IMG/VR virus record: IMGVR_UViG_3300040736_000022 | Location: 1 to 34,987 of that record | Source of the DNA: a virus | Taxonomy: Duplodnaviria; Caudoviricetes | Reading direction: 5' to 3' (one strand) | DNA: 34,987 nt | Shown: positions 24,740 through 33,626 of the stretch, piece after piece | Position numbering within the stretch: position 1 is the first letter of the stretch | Layout of the letters: each line of letters begins with the position of its first letter | The notes under the pieces: model-generated | Told to the model about the DNA's origin: nothing | Databases searched by the model: none | Seen by the model: the letters and a program-made list of their open reading frames with translations, nothing else | Translations under genes and position numbers: made by a program

Positions 24740-25991
24740 CGTCAGCCTCCTCATCACCCGGCTCAGGTTCTGGCTCCGGCTCTGGTTCAATTACTCGTTT
24801 CGCCGGATCGGCCGGGACCATATTCCCATTGACCAGGTACTCATCCAGACCGTCAGCTGGATTCATATTCTCCAGCTCGCGGATCTCGTTGCCATTCAGC
24901 CAGCCGTTCTGCCTGGCAATTTGATAATTCTGATAGCGGGTTTTGGCATCCCCTCGCAGCAATCCATCCACCAGGTGTTCCGCAAAATAGATCTGGCGCT
25001 CTTCCTTTGTCAGCAGGGTACGGGAGATTTCCTGCTCCCAGCGCTCCATCCAGCTGGTCAGCGTGTACGTGATAAAGCCGATGTTCTGCTGCTCGATCCC
25101 GGTCCCCCAGCTCGTCGATTTCTCAACGTCCCCGATCATATGAGGAGGGACATGAAAAATCCTGGCGATCTCGCTCACCTGGAATTTGCGCGTCTCAAGG
25201 AATTGCGAATCCTCGGGCGGCAGCCCGATCTGCGTCCATTTCATGCCCTCTTCGAGGATCATCAACCGGTGTTTGTTGGTCAGCCCGCGGGTTTGATCTT
25301 CGATCTGTTTTTTCAGCCGCGTCTGTGCTGACTCACTCAGCTGGCCAGGATGCTCAACGATACCGCCCGGCGTTGAATCGTTCACGAAAAAGCGGCTGCC
25401 ATATTCCTCTGCTGCCATTGTCAGCCCGAGCGCCTCCCGCGCCTGGCTGATCGGCGATAATCCGAGCGGCGCAGGGATGTGCAGCACCCGGCTGGCGCTC
25501 AACTTTTTGGGGTTTTCGCCTGGTATGGCGACCGTGTAAACCAGTTCATTACGTGCATTGTGGTCGGAAGTAACTAACCACGGCGGAATCGGCCAGAGTT
25601 GTTTGATGTTGCCCGCCCCATTGCGTATCAGCTCGGCATAACCGTGGCCATATAACAGGATGTGAGCCTGCACCAGTGACCGGAAATCGATGCTGGTGAT
25701 TTCCGGATTAGGGAGATCATGCAGCACGGTGTAAAGCGGATGATCCACCGCCCGATCCTTGCCGCGCTGCAGCCGTTTGTACAAAATCAGCGGCAGTGAA
25801 CCCATCGTCTCAGAAATCAGGGTTATGCAGGCATAAACCGCGGTCAATTGCAGCGCGGTTGAAGGGGTTACGGCCTTCCCGGTGACCGCTGTAGTCAGTC
25901 CGAGTGCATCTGCAAGGTTTTGCCAGCTGAGTGGGGTGGCCGGATTTTCAAGTGTTGCCCGCGGCTCGATCAATCGGGTCAGGATGCTCAT
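24714..25991 (-). CDS. Portal protein, HK97 family
   Basis: AVYACI, GLSPI, DSQFLETRKFQVSEIARIFHVPP, NEIRELEN. Confidence 0.95.
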   Translation of the reverse strand: MSILTRLIEPRATLENPATPLSWQNLADALGLTTAVTGKAVTPSTALQLTAVYACITLISETMGSLPLILYKRLQRGKDRAVDHPLYTVLHDLPNPEITSIDFRSLVQAHILLYGHGYAELIRNGAGNIKQLWPIPPWLVTSDHNARNELVYTVAIPGENPKKLSASRVLHIPAPLGLSPISQAREALGLTMAAEEYGSRFFVNDSTPGGIVEHPGQLSESAQTRLKKQIEDQTRGLTNKHRLMILEEGMKWTQIGLPPEDSQFLETRKFQVSEIARIFHVPPHMIGDVEKSTSWGTGIEQQNIGFITYTLTSWMERWEQEISRTLLTKEERQIYFAEHLVDGLLRGDAKTRYQNYQIARQNGWLNGNEIRELENMNPADGLDEYLVNGNMVPADPAKRVIEPEPEPEPEPGDEEADDADSETEE

Positions 25992-26131
25992 TTCTCACCC
26001 CCGATCGTGGTCACGGCGATAAGCACCAGGCCCAGAGCGATAAATGCTGCCGGCGGGAAAATCATATAGATGCCGGCGAATAATGAAGCCAGACCGATAA
26101 TGAAAATGATCAAATTCAGGTGTTTTTTCAT
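25988..26131 (-). CDS. Small 2-TM protein between terminase and portal (47 aa)
   Basis: MKKHLNLIIFIIGLASLFAGIYMIFPPAAFIALGLVLIAVTTIGGEK; ATGA overlaps on both sides. Confidence 0.75.
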   Translation of the reverse strand: MKKHLNLIIFIIGLASLFAGIYMIFPPAAFIALGLVLIAVTTIGGEK

Positions 26132-27744
26132 ATGACGACCAGGCCTCGTTCTTCATAAACGCTTTTACCATCTATGGATGCGCCGGCAGCCAACGCGTCT
26201 GAACGCGCCTGCCAGGAAAGTATCCCCGCCATTGCTCCATCAATTTTATGAGGTGAATCTGCTCGTTCCTTGTAGATTACCCATAATGGTTCGCCATCTT
26301 CATCGACCATATTTAATTTCTTGCGAACAGCGTTACCAATGTGCCGGGAATATTTTTCGCTCCCATCATGGCTTAACTCTCTCGCCAGAATCGCATTATT
26401 GAACGATTTAATCGCATATGCCATTTGTTTCATTCGATTGGTCCACCAGGCAATTACTCGTTTCTCTCCATAATGACCGGACCAGGTAGCCACTTGTGTT
26501 TCCCAATAAGGCGGATCACAGTACATCCGCCAGACATTCCAAATGCTAAATGCCTCATCTACCGCAGCAGTCACTTCCTCCTCAGGAACCTCCCATTCAT
26601 CGACTTTTTCAGGTTTTTCCCATAATCCAACCAGCCATTGATAGCCAGTCTGGAGATGCGTAGCTACTAATGCGGTCGAGTCCCGCCAACGTGCACCATC
26701 AAAACCCAAGGTGATCGTATCGCCAGATGGTGGAATGAAATCTCTTTTAAGTGAACACCAGATCTCATAATCAAAAGCCCGTTCTGAACTGCGCACCAAT
26801 CGATTAAGCCAGACTCGCTCTAAATAGGCGCGATCAGCGGTAGGATCCCGCCATTGTTCACAGATTGAATCAATATCGCTCCAGACTGCGACCGGCCCGC
26901 TGGCTTCCATTACCGCTGCCTTTATTCCCTCGGGCGTTGTCAGGTCGTGGCTATCGGATGCTTGACGGTGGAAGAAAAATAGGCGGCTATCCTGAATCTC
27001 TCCGCGATCCACCTTTCTTGCATATTCCATCGTATCCTCGGCCACTGATCCCTCGCCTGGTGAGGGTGCCGTGGTCACCTCCAAGCTCCAGGCATCCGCT
27101 TTATATCGCTTGGGAATATTAGCTAGCATCGTTCGATGCGAGCTCCTTAACCGCGGCGAATTCCAACGATGTGTCTCATCGCACACCTGAAAGGTTGTGC
27201 GTGCGCCATCCCTAGAATCAGGCGAAGATGCCAGACTAACGGCCTTTCCATCTCCGCCAATGCGCATGATTCGTTCAATCCCGATATCAAAATCATCTAC
27301 TACGCGGCTATACATCAGGATAATTCGCAGTGCTCCATAAGCGAGCTCGTCTGATTGTTCTTCCGTGTAAGCTACCAATGGTATATATGGATCGATCAAA
27401 CCAATGCCGACTGGTTCACCATTTGCATCAAAACCATCGCAACGCACAGGAGCGTCAGGATGCAACTCTGCAGCTGCGATCAATGCCGCGAGCTCGGTTT
27501 TTGCACTGCCTTTTCGCAAGCTAAGCGCCACCCGTTTAAACCGACGGCGCCCCACCCATTGATGACCTTGAGGATAAACTTCATACATGCGATAGATAAG
27601 TGCACGCTTTTCCTGATCCAATTGAACAGGCTGACCGCGTAGATCACCAGGGCCATGTACCAGGTTTCCCTCGATCCAGGCGCAAACCTGCCGCCCCAGG
27701 CTTGGAAATGGGCTTTGATCTTTAGGTATCATCAAGGTGCTCAT
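26128..27744 (-). CDS. terL: Terminase large subunit
   Basis: Walker A RKGSAKTE, Walker B QVCDE, nuclease LGFDG..DST and KIDG. Confidence 0.95.
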   Translation of the reverse strand: MSTLMIPKDQSPFPSLGRQVCAWIEGNLVHGPGDLRGQPVQLDQEKRALIYRMYEVYPQGHQWVGRRRFKRVALSLRKGSAKTELAALIAAAELHPDAPVRCDGFDANGEPVGIGLIDPYIPLVAYTEEQSDELAYGALRIILMYSRVVDDFDIGIERIMRIGGDGKAVSLASSPDSRDGARTTFQVCDETHRWNSPRLRSSHRTMLANIPKRYKADAWSLEVTTAPSPGEGSVAEDTMEYARKVDRGEIQDSRLFFFHRQASDSHDLTTPEGIKAAVMEASGPVAVWSDIDSICEQWRDPTADRAYLERVWLNRLVRSSERAFDYEIWCSLKRDFIPPSGDTITLGFDGARWRDSTALVATHLQTGYQWLVGLWEKPEKVDEWEVPEEEVTAAVDEAFSIWNVWRMYCDPPYWETQVATWSGHYGEKRVIAWWTNRMKQMAYAIKSFNNAILARELSHDGSEKYSRHIGNAVRKKLNMVDEDGEPLWVIYKERADSPHKIDGAMAGILSWQARSDALAAGASIDGKSVYEERGLVVI

Positions 27745-28187
27745 TCTTCTAGCACTCCCCGTGGATCAACATCTATCATCTTCGCCCTTTTAATCCGATT
27801 AGCCTCGCGACGATCTATTGCCTCTTCGGTCTGCACGACTGTCCATTCCAGCCGCCTGCGGCTGAGCGGTGTCAATCCGAATTCCCTCTCAAGAAGCCGG
27901 ATCTCCTTAGCGGCATCAATTTTTCTTGTTTTCCAATAGGTATCAATCAGAGACACCAATCTGAGTAGCCCCGGAAAGTCTGCCCGTTGGTATTGAGCAC
28001 TCACCGGAGATGACCAAATGATCCGCCAGAACATCCGGGAAATCGGATGCCATTTTTCTCCATCAGGAAGGACTGGCAACCGTGGTCGACCCCGATCTGC
28101 AAAAGCATCAGCGGCCAAAATTGCACGGGTAGCTGATTTATTTCTGCGCTGTCTGACAGCTGGATCTTTGGGTAATGGGCCAGACAT
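27741..28187 (-). CDS. terS: Terminase small subunit
   Basis: MSGPLPK..RQRRNK and FGLTPLSRRRL motifs; directly upstream of terL. Confidence 0.88.
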   Translation of the reverse strand: MSGPLPKDPAVRQRRNKSATRAILAADAFADRGRPRLPVLPDGEKWHPISRMFWRIIWSSPVSAQYQRADFPGLLRLVSLIDTYWKTRKIDAAKEIRLLEREFGLTPLSRRRLEWTVVQTEEAIDRREANRIKRAKMIDVDPRGVLEE

Positions 28188-28189
28188 GA

Positions 28190-29349
28190 TCAAACCCCCG
28201 AACCTGTACACAGAAGAATCTGAGGCCCTCGCCGCTCGACAACTCCCACTTTCTGAACTTTTAGAGGGGGTATGTCAAGCTCAAAACCAGGTTGTCCACC
28301 TATGGTCGCGCCTTTGAGTTGATTACACTTTCTACAAGCTGTCTGTACGTTCGCAAAAGTGTGGGGGCCACCTTTTGACAATGGAATGACATGATCAAGC
28401 TCGGGTGCATTATCATTAATTGTTCCACGCAATTTCTTCGGCGTCTTTTTTCCGCAGAGCCTACACTTCCATCCGTCTCTAGTGAAAATTACTATTGGAT
28501 CTATTGATTCGACCTTGCCATTATTTAATTTGCGGGCACGTCGTTTTCGCTTTTCGATTCTGCTTTGTCTTGCTATTGCGCAATCATCAGAACAATACCT
28601 TTTATGTTTATCTCCATAACTAGTTGTTACCTGACAGCCACATTCAATACAAATGAATCGTCGCAGAATTGCACGCTTTTTATTTAAATTCTTTGCTAGA
28701 TTGCTGGCATGTTGTTTGACGCAATTTTCATCATTGCAAATTTTTTGATTTATGTTGTTCTGTTTGAAATCACGCCCACAAATGGGACATTGAATAATTC
28801 CGCAGTGTCTTTCCTGTGGTTTACATTTATCAGAACAATATTTTTGATAATGTTTTGTTGCAATGAATAAATTTCCGCATTTTCTACAAATGGTTTTGGC
28901 TTTATTTTCCCATTTTCGAATATTTCTTGTTCCATTTGGCCCACACTCTTTTTTATGATGGGCTCTATCGCGACAAGATCGACTGCAATATTTTTGATTT
29001 GGGCGATTTAATAAAGGAATAAAAATAATCGCACAATATGCACATTGTATTGGCATTGGCAATATGTTTTTTGGGGTTAAGCTTTTTCGTTTTCGATCTC
29101 TTTCTCTTCTACGAAATAACTTGCAATTCTCGCTACAAAATGTCACATTACCATGCTCTGCGATGAATTCTTTTCCACAGAAGAAACAGATTTTACTTTT
29201 TTTCGATCTAGTAGATATTTTTGATTTATATCTGCATTTAGCTGATAGACTCTCCAATTTCTGAGCACATTCTTTTCCACAAGTTTTTTGACGGTTATTT
29301 GCAGGAAAATATTCTTTTCCACAGATAATGCAAATCTTAGAAATCATCA
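28190..29349 (-). CDS. Large HNH endonuclease with six N-terminal Cys4 zinc modules
   Basis: RDGWKCRLC...ELDHVIPLSKGG.H...NVQTACRKCN; repeated CxxC..CxxxC; AT-rich DNA. Confidence 0.88.
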
Positions 29350-29676
29350 TTTTCCTTTGGCCGTTTTCTGAGAGTGACAGGCATGACATAATGACTCGAG
29401 CTCGGATGATATAAATACGGATCGATCCCCACGATGCGCTCGCAGGTGATGTACATCTGTCGCAGGAACATATAACCCATTACTCAGACACTCCTCACAC
29501 CACGGATGCTCAGATAGCCATCTGCGACGCCTGGCCTGCCATTTTCGATCATATAGCCTTTGCCGCTCAGGATCATGTCGATATCCAGTTTCACGTTGAT
29601 GGGAATCGCAATATCCAGATTTGACCAGGTTGTGGCATCCTATATGAGCACAAATTCGGAGCGCTGGTTTTAACAT
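29347..29676 (-). CDS. Packaging-associated HNH endonuclease (HK97 gp74-like)
   Basis: HPWCEEC...ATDVHH..HRGD...LCHACHSQKT. Confidence 0.9.
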   Translation of the reverse strand: MLKPALRICAHIGCHNLVKSGYCDSHQRETGYRHDPERQRLYDRKWQARRRRWLSEHPWCEECLSNGLYVPATDVHHLRAHRGDRSVFISSELESLCHACHSQKTAKGK

Positions 29677-30657
29677 CTAAACCAACTCCATATAGGACCG
29701 CCCACCATAACGGAAAGCAGCCCATTGGCCAGGCATAATCTCTACCCACGTATCTGATCCAGCCAGTCCCCTTATATTGACCAGGCTGCCTGCCTGCAGC
29801 TTGCCCACTGCAGGGTAGCCAGTGCCCGGACCAGAACGCACATTCAAACCATCCACCAATACCCGTGCCCGCAGCCCATCCGGAACCGGAATAGGTGCAG
29901 GTGGTATCCCTGGGGTGTTAGCCCAGGCAGTAGAGCGGATCACCTCCCATCCATCCTGCACATATAGACGTGCATTTCCCCATTCCCAAAAATTACAGCC
30001 CTGCAATGAGAGGTCTTTGCAGGCCTGCAGAAATTCGCTCACATCTGTGGCTGTTGGCTGCCAGCCGTGCTCCCTGAAACAGGCGCCTGTAGGAAAAACC
30101 GGCTTATTGAATTGCTTATACTCAGTCAGCGTTCTAACCAGCTGCGACCGCGGATTATGCGCCTGCATCCAGTACACCTGTGGCATGCCAAAATCGCATT
30201 TTTCCATGAATTGTGTAAACGGAAATTCGGGATGAAACGACGGCCAGCGGTAGGTGGAGAGCGCGATCAGCAGATCGTTGCCCACCCCGGCACGGAGCGC
30301 CTTCATATAGGCGGTCGCCTGATTCGGCCGGTTTTTATACTCCACCTCGGCATTAACCACAAACCCATCCGGCTGCAGCTGCTGGATCCGCTCGATGGCT
30401 GCTATCGCCTCGCTGGCCGGATTGTCCCCAAAAACATACTGCCACAGCCAAACCTGTATGCCGGCATCTCTCAGAGCAGTGACCAGATCAGGAACCAGAT
30501 CGCGGCCATTGACCACATTATAAAAATAGCCACCGTTGACCGCCTTAATCAGCACATGGCTCAACTGCAGCTGGACCGCCTGCTCGACAATCGAAAAAAC
30601 ATTGCCGCCCTCGCAATACGGAATTTTCCAGATAAAAAAACCTTTACCCGTCAACAT
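29677..30657 (-). CDS. Putative endolysin: glycoside hydrolase-like TIM barrel plus SH3b cell-wall binding domain
   Basis: VVNAEVEY and GMPQVYW in the catalytic region; LNVRSGPGTGY SH3b motif; next to holin-like genes. Confidence 0.75.
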   Translation of the reverse strand: MLTGKGFFIWKIPYCEGGNVFSIVEQAVQLQLSHVLIKAVNGGYFYNVVNGRDLVPDLVTALRDAGIQVWLWQYVFGDNPASEAIAAIERIQQLQPDGFVVNAEVEYKNRPNQATAYMKALRAGVGNDLLIALSTYRWPSFHPEFPFTQFMEKCDFGMPQVYWMQAHNPRSQLVRTLTEYKQFNKPVFPTGACFREHGWQPTATDVSEFLQACKDLSLQGCNFWEWGNARLYVQDGWEVIRSTAWANTPGIPPAPIPVPDGLRARVLVDGLNVRSGPGTGYPAVGKLQAGSLVNIRGLAGSDTWVEIMPGQWAAFRYGGRSYMELV

Positions 30658-31024
30658 CCTCGATCTCCCAATCATCCGGACGCCAGGCTGGCTGGATATG
30701 GTTACCTTCCAGCTGCTCGATCAGGATTTTTATTCCCTTCATGAGCGCCTCGATCCGTCGCAACGCTGAATTTAACAATCGCTGAAACCGGCAATTATCA
30801 TCTTTGACCGTTATGAGATCTTTTTCGACCTCAGCCAGGCGCAATTCATATTTGCTCATCAGATTAATGGCCGAATCCGAGATTTTCTCAGATGCGCCAG
30901 CCTCGAGCTGCGAGGCTTCTGCATGGATTTTGCGCCGATTAGCCCTGGCCTGTATCAACAGAGAAATCGCCGTGGCGATACCTGCCAGGCCGCCAATGAT
31001 TCCGATGATGTCTGGGGCATCCAT
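30644..31024 (-). CDS. Membrane-anchored coiled-coil protein of the lysis cassette
   Basis: N-terminal TM helix followed by heptad pattern. Confidence 0.65.
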   Translation of the reverse strand: MDAPDIIGIIGGLAGIATAISLLIQARANRRKIHAEASQLEAGASEKISDSAINLMSKYELRLAEVEKDLITVKDDNCRFQRLLNSALRRIEALMKGIKILIEQLEGNHIQPAWRPDDWEIEDVDG

Positions 31025-31030
31025 ACGGGT

Positions 31031-31420
31031 TTATCCGTAGGATTGGACATCATGCTCATCTGGTATGGTTTTGGGCGGTCCTTCGATGGCTGCAGATGCG
31101 ATCAGCGCGCCAATTGTCATGGCTATTGAAATCAGCGATTCAGGCGACAGACCAAATGGCAGGACCAGACGAAACGCATCCAATGTCAAAATGATTAATC
31201 CAACAATGGCTGCCCAGAATTTCCTGGATTGGATGATTCCACGCCAACCTCCTGGACCTGGATCCACGGTAACGCCGATGATATACGATGTGATTACGAT
31301 GACGAACGCTGCCGCCTGATCCGCATCCAGCTCGAATCCCGGCGAGATGGCAGCAATGATAATGATGATTAATACGATGAACGCCGCCCAGAACTGCCGA
31401 TTAATCAACAAGTGTTTCAT
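31031..31420 (-). CDS. Holin-like 4-TM protein with an internal duplication
   Basis: INRQFWAA and QSRKFWAA each start a two-helix unit; GAGGT RBS. Confidence 0.65.
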   Translation of the reverse strand: MKHLLINRQFWAAFIVLIIIIIAAISPGFELDADQAAAFVIVITSYIIGVTVDPGPGGWRGIIQSRKFWAAIVGLIILTLDAFRLVLPFGLSPESLISIAMTIGALIASAAIEGPPKTIPDEHDVQSYG

Positions 31421-31440
31421 TTTTTACCTCTCTATGTGTT

Positions 31441-31496
31441 AAACAAAAAACCCGGGTCGCTGAGCCACTCCGATGTTGGAGTGACACAGCCCCGGG
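31441..31496 (-). terminator. Leader terminator upstream of the late/lysis operon
   Basis: CCCGGG-GCTG..CACTCC..GGAGTG..CAGC..CCCGGG hairpin followed by TTTTTTGTTT. Confidence 0.7.
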
Positions 31497-31521
31497 ATCA
31501 ATGCCTCGCTGGGCTATTTTT

Positions 31522-31549
31522 ATTATAGTCTAATTATTTGGATTTACAA
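31522..31549 (-). promoter_or_regulatory. Candidate late promoter
   Basis: Minus strand TTGTAA-16 nt-TATAAT. Confidence 0.5.
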
Positions 31550-31596
31550 CCCCCGACCTCGCGGCTGTTTTAACATCGGCTAGGGCGGGGTGATCC

Positions 31597-31956
31597 TTAT
31601 TTTCTCGATCGCCCCCGCGGCCAGCCCTCGGGTCCTGGCCGGAGCGATTCTATCTCATCGCGATGGATCAGCCAGGATCTTCCAACCCTCATCCCGGTTC
31701 CAAATCGATCGTGCCTCGTGCGAATAATTTCCGCCATGCGCCGGCGCGAGACGCCTATCTCCTCCGCCGCCTGTTCGACGGTCAGGATGTTTGTGAGAGC
31801 GTACGATCGGCCAGCTGAAAATGCCACCTGCGCGACCTGATCCAGCGCATGGCGCAGACGGTGCTCGGTCATCGGGCCTGCTCCGTTGGGTAGCAGGCTA
31901 TCGACCATCCGATTGATCCGATCATTATATAGACCACGTGCATCGTTCTCGTTCAT
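31597..31956 (-). CDS. Protein with a C-terminal excisionase-like (HTH_17) DNA-binding domain
   Basis: LTVEQAAEEIGVSRRR...RVGRSWLIHRDEI...GWPR; GGAGGA RBS before MNEND. Confidence 0.8.
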   Translation of the reverse strand: MNENDARGLYNDRINRMVDSLLPNGAGPMTEHRLRHALDQVAQVAFSAGRSYALTNILTVEQAAEEIGVSRRRMAEIIRTRHDRFGTGMRVGRSWLIHRDEIESLRPGPEGWPRGRSRK

Positions 31957-31969
31957 TCGTTCCTCCAGT

Positions 31970-32332
31970 CTAATATTCATCCCAATGCCGGGGACAGAGA
32001 TTTTCTCCAGCGCCCGGATTCCAATCAGCAGAGGCTCCGCAGCGAGCGCAACGCGCTCCAGGACTGGATTGCCCGTACGTAGTTCCCGCCGGGCAGACCT
32101 GCATTCCAGCCGGCTCAGAACCCGGGATATAGCCTGCGCCGCCGCGGTCCGCCTCCGTGTGGATGTTGTAGTCGTCCGAACCCGCGCCGCCGATCCCCAG
32201 GCCGCTGGTGATTTCTGGGCATGGGCCATCGTGATAAACAATCCATCGTTCGCCGCGTTTTTCGAGTTTACCGGTTCCAGCCGGCACGCTCAATCCGCAT
32301 CGTGCGCATTTACCAGGATATCGATTGGTCAT
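31970..32332 (-). CDS. Hypothetical protein with two putative zinc-binding modules
   Basis: CARC...HDGPC and CARC...CPRH; AGGAGG RBS. Confidence 0.75.
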   Translation of the reverse strand: MTNRYPGKCARCGLSVPAGTGKLEKRGERWIVYHDGPCPEITSGLGIGGAGSDDYNIHTEADRGGAGYIPGSEPAGMQVCPAGTTYGQSSPGARCARCGASADWNPGAGENLCPRHWDEY

Positions 32333-32341
32333 TGCGTCCTC

Positions 32342-32725
32342 CTAACAGTTCACATATTTTTGATCGAACGCGTCGCGGGTGGCCTGATCCCATCCGCGGC
32401 GGTTGCTATCATACTCGCTGTAGCCCCGATAGTAGCCAAAATTGTAAGCATTGGCGTTTTCATCGTCGTCGGCCATTTTTTCCTGATAATCCAGGCCGCG
32501 GGCCGCATCCACTCTGCCCTGCCACAACCCCATCTGGTACTCTCGGCACCGGGTCATGTTGCTGAGGATATAATTGCGCTTCGCGATTCCCCAGCCGCGC
32601 TCCCGACCGCCGTGGCGACGTTTCCAGGTCTCTTTGAATTCCTCATCGCTGGGCATAGCCGCCGGACCCATCGCGTTCCATTTTTCGATCTGTTTTTCCG
32701 TTGGTTCGTAGAGTTTGCGTTCCAT
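32342..32725 (-). CDS. Hypothetical protein
   Basis: AAAGGAGG RBS; YxxG repeats. Confidence 0.75.
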   Translation of the reverse strand: MERKLYEPTEKQIEKWNAMGPAAMPSDEEFKETWKRRHGGRERGWGIAKRNYILSNMTRCREYQMGLWQGRVDAARGLDYQEKMADDDENANAYNFGYYRGYSEYDSNRRGWDQATRDAFDQKYVNC

Positions 32726-32744
32726 CTCGATTCCTCCTTTGTTA

Positions 32745-32781
32745 TGACAATACTATACCACATTAGGTATGGTATTGTCAA
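32745..32781 (-). promoter_or_regulatory. Promoter embedded in a 15-bp inverted repeat (operator)
   Basis: Minus strand TTGACA-18 nt-TATAGT with TG extension; TGACAATACTATACC / GGTATGGTATTGTCA arms match 14 of 15. Confidence 0.75.
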
Positions 32782-32820
32782 GGGGTTTTGTAAACCCACA
32801 TAATTTGTTCTATTATTGTT

Positions 32821-33030
32821 CTACTTCGCGCTTGGTTTCAACGTCTCGGTAATAGCAATTTGATCGATCCGCCGGCGCCTGATCTCTATGCGAATTTCCC
32901 CGTAGCCCGATCGATCCACGATCGCCGCCAGTGCATGGACCAGATTCGAGAGCTCCTCCGGCGTGAGCAGCTCGGCCAGCCGTCTAAGACAAACATCGCG
33001 GTCATCAGCGATCGGCGCCGGCGTGGTCAA
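32821..33030 (-). CDS. Small protein resembling DUF2292/YezD
   Basis: GYGEIRIEI...IDQIAITETLK pattern; last gene of the early operon. Confidence 0.5.
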   Translation of the reverse strand: MTTPAPIADDRDVCLRRLAELLTPEELSNLVHALAAIVDRSGYGEIRIEIRRRRIDQIAITETLKPSAK

Positions 33031-33197
33031 ACATCCTCCTGCTCCGCTTGCTCCTCTGATTGCTCCGGTTGCATCTCAGCCTCGATCTTCGTCCAGTTCA
33101 CGCCGACGCCGATCTCCTCCAGCTCCGTCCCGCAGCGCGGGCAGAACTGCCAGTCATCCTGCGTTTTGCTCTCGAAACATTTCGGGCAGCGTTTCAT
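33027..33197 (-). CDS. Zinc-ribbon protein (56 aa)
   Basis: MKRCPKC...FCPRCGTEL; GGAGG RBS; absent from the ORF track. Confidence 0.7.
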   Translation of the reverse strand: MKRCPKCFESKTQDDWQFCPRCGTELEEIGVGVNWTKIEAEMQPEQSEEQAEQEDV

Positions 33198-33345
33198 CTC
33201 GTGCCTCCGCCTTGATCTTCTCCCAGCTGACTCCCTCGAGGATCAGCGCCACCGCCGGCCCGCGCGTACCCCAGATCGGCGCCACGCTGACCCTGATCCC
33301 CGCCTGGCGCAGGATAATGAGTATTTTTCTCAGACATCCCACCAT
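33154..33345 (-). CDS. Hypothetical protein
   Basis: Fills the operon gap; GGAG RBS. Confidence 0.5.
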   Translation of the reverse strand: MVGCLRKILIILRQAGIRVSVAPIWGTRGPAVALILEGVSWEKIKAEARDETLPEMFREQNAG

Positions 33346-33626
33346 TTTACTAACTCCGTTTCCGTGGAAACGTTCGACGAATTTCGAGCTGCATATACCT
33401 CCACGCTGGCATCGGTGATCAGGATTTTATTGATGCCCAATTTTTCGATCACCATCCGACAGTACCGTTTCTTTGCCTGTTCTGACACGCGGTAAAAATC
33501 GGGTAACTGTATGACCAGGATTTCATCGGGCTTGACTGCCAACATTTTCGCCTTCCATATCCGCAGATTATCCAGCCGCCCGAGCAGCTTGCAGACCTCA
33601 TCAATGAGCTCGTCCTCTGTGCTCAT
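33330..33626 (-). CDS. Hypothetical protein
   Basis: ATGA overlap with the upstream gene. Confidence 0.65.
   Translation of the reverse strand: MSTEDELIDEVCKLLGRLDNLRIWKAKMLAVKPDEILVIQLPDFYRVSEQAKKRYCRMVIEKLGINKILITDASVEVYAARNSSNVSTETELVKWWDV

Noticed and set aside
31886-32803. 305-aa plus-strand ORF
   Set aside because: Antisense to three genes with strong RBSs; no motifs
32797-32812. Second LexA box upstream of the three-gene cassette
   Set aside because: Only one half-site (TAGAAC) matches; the other half is not GTTC-like
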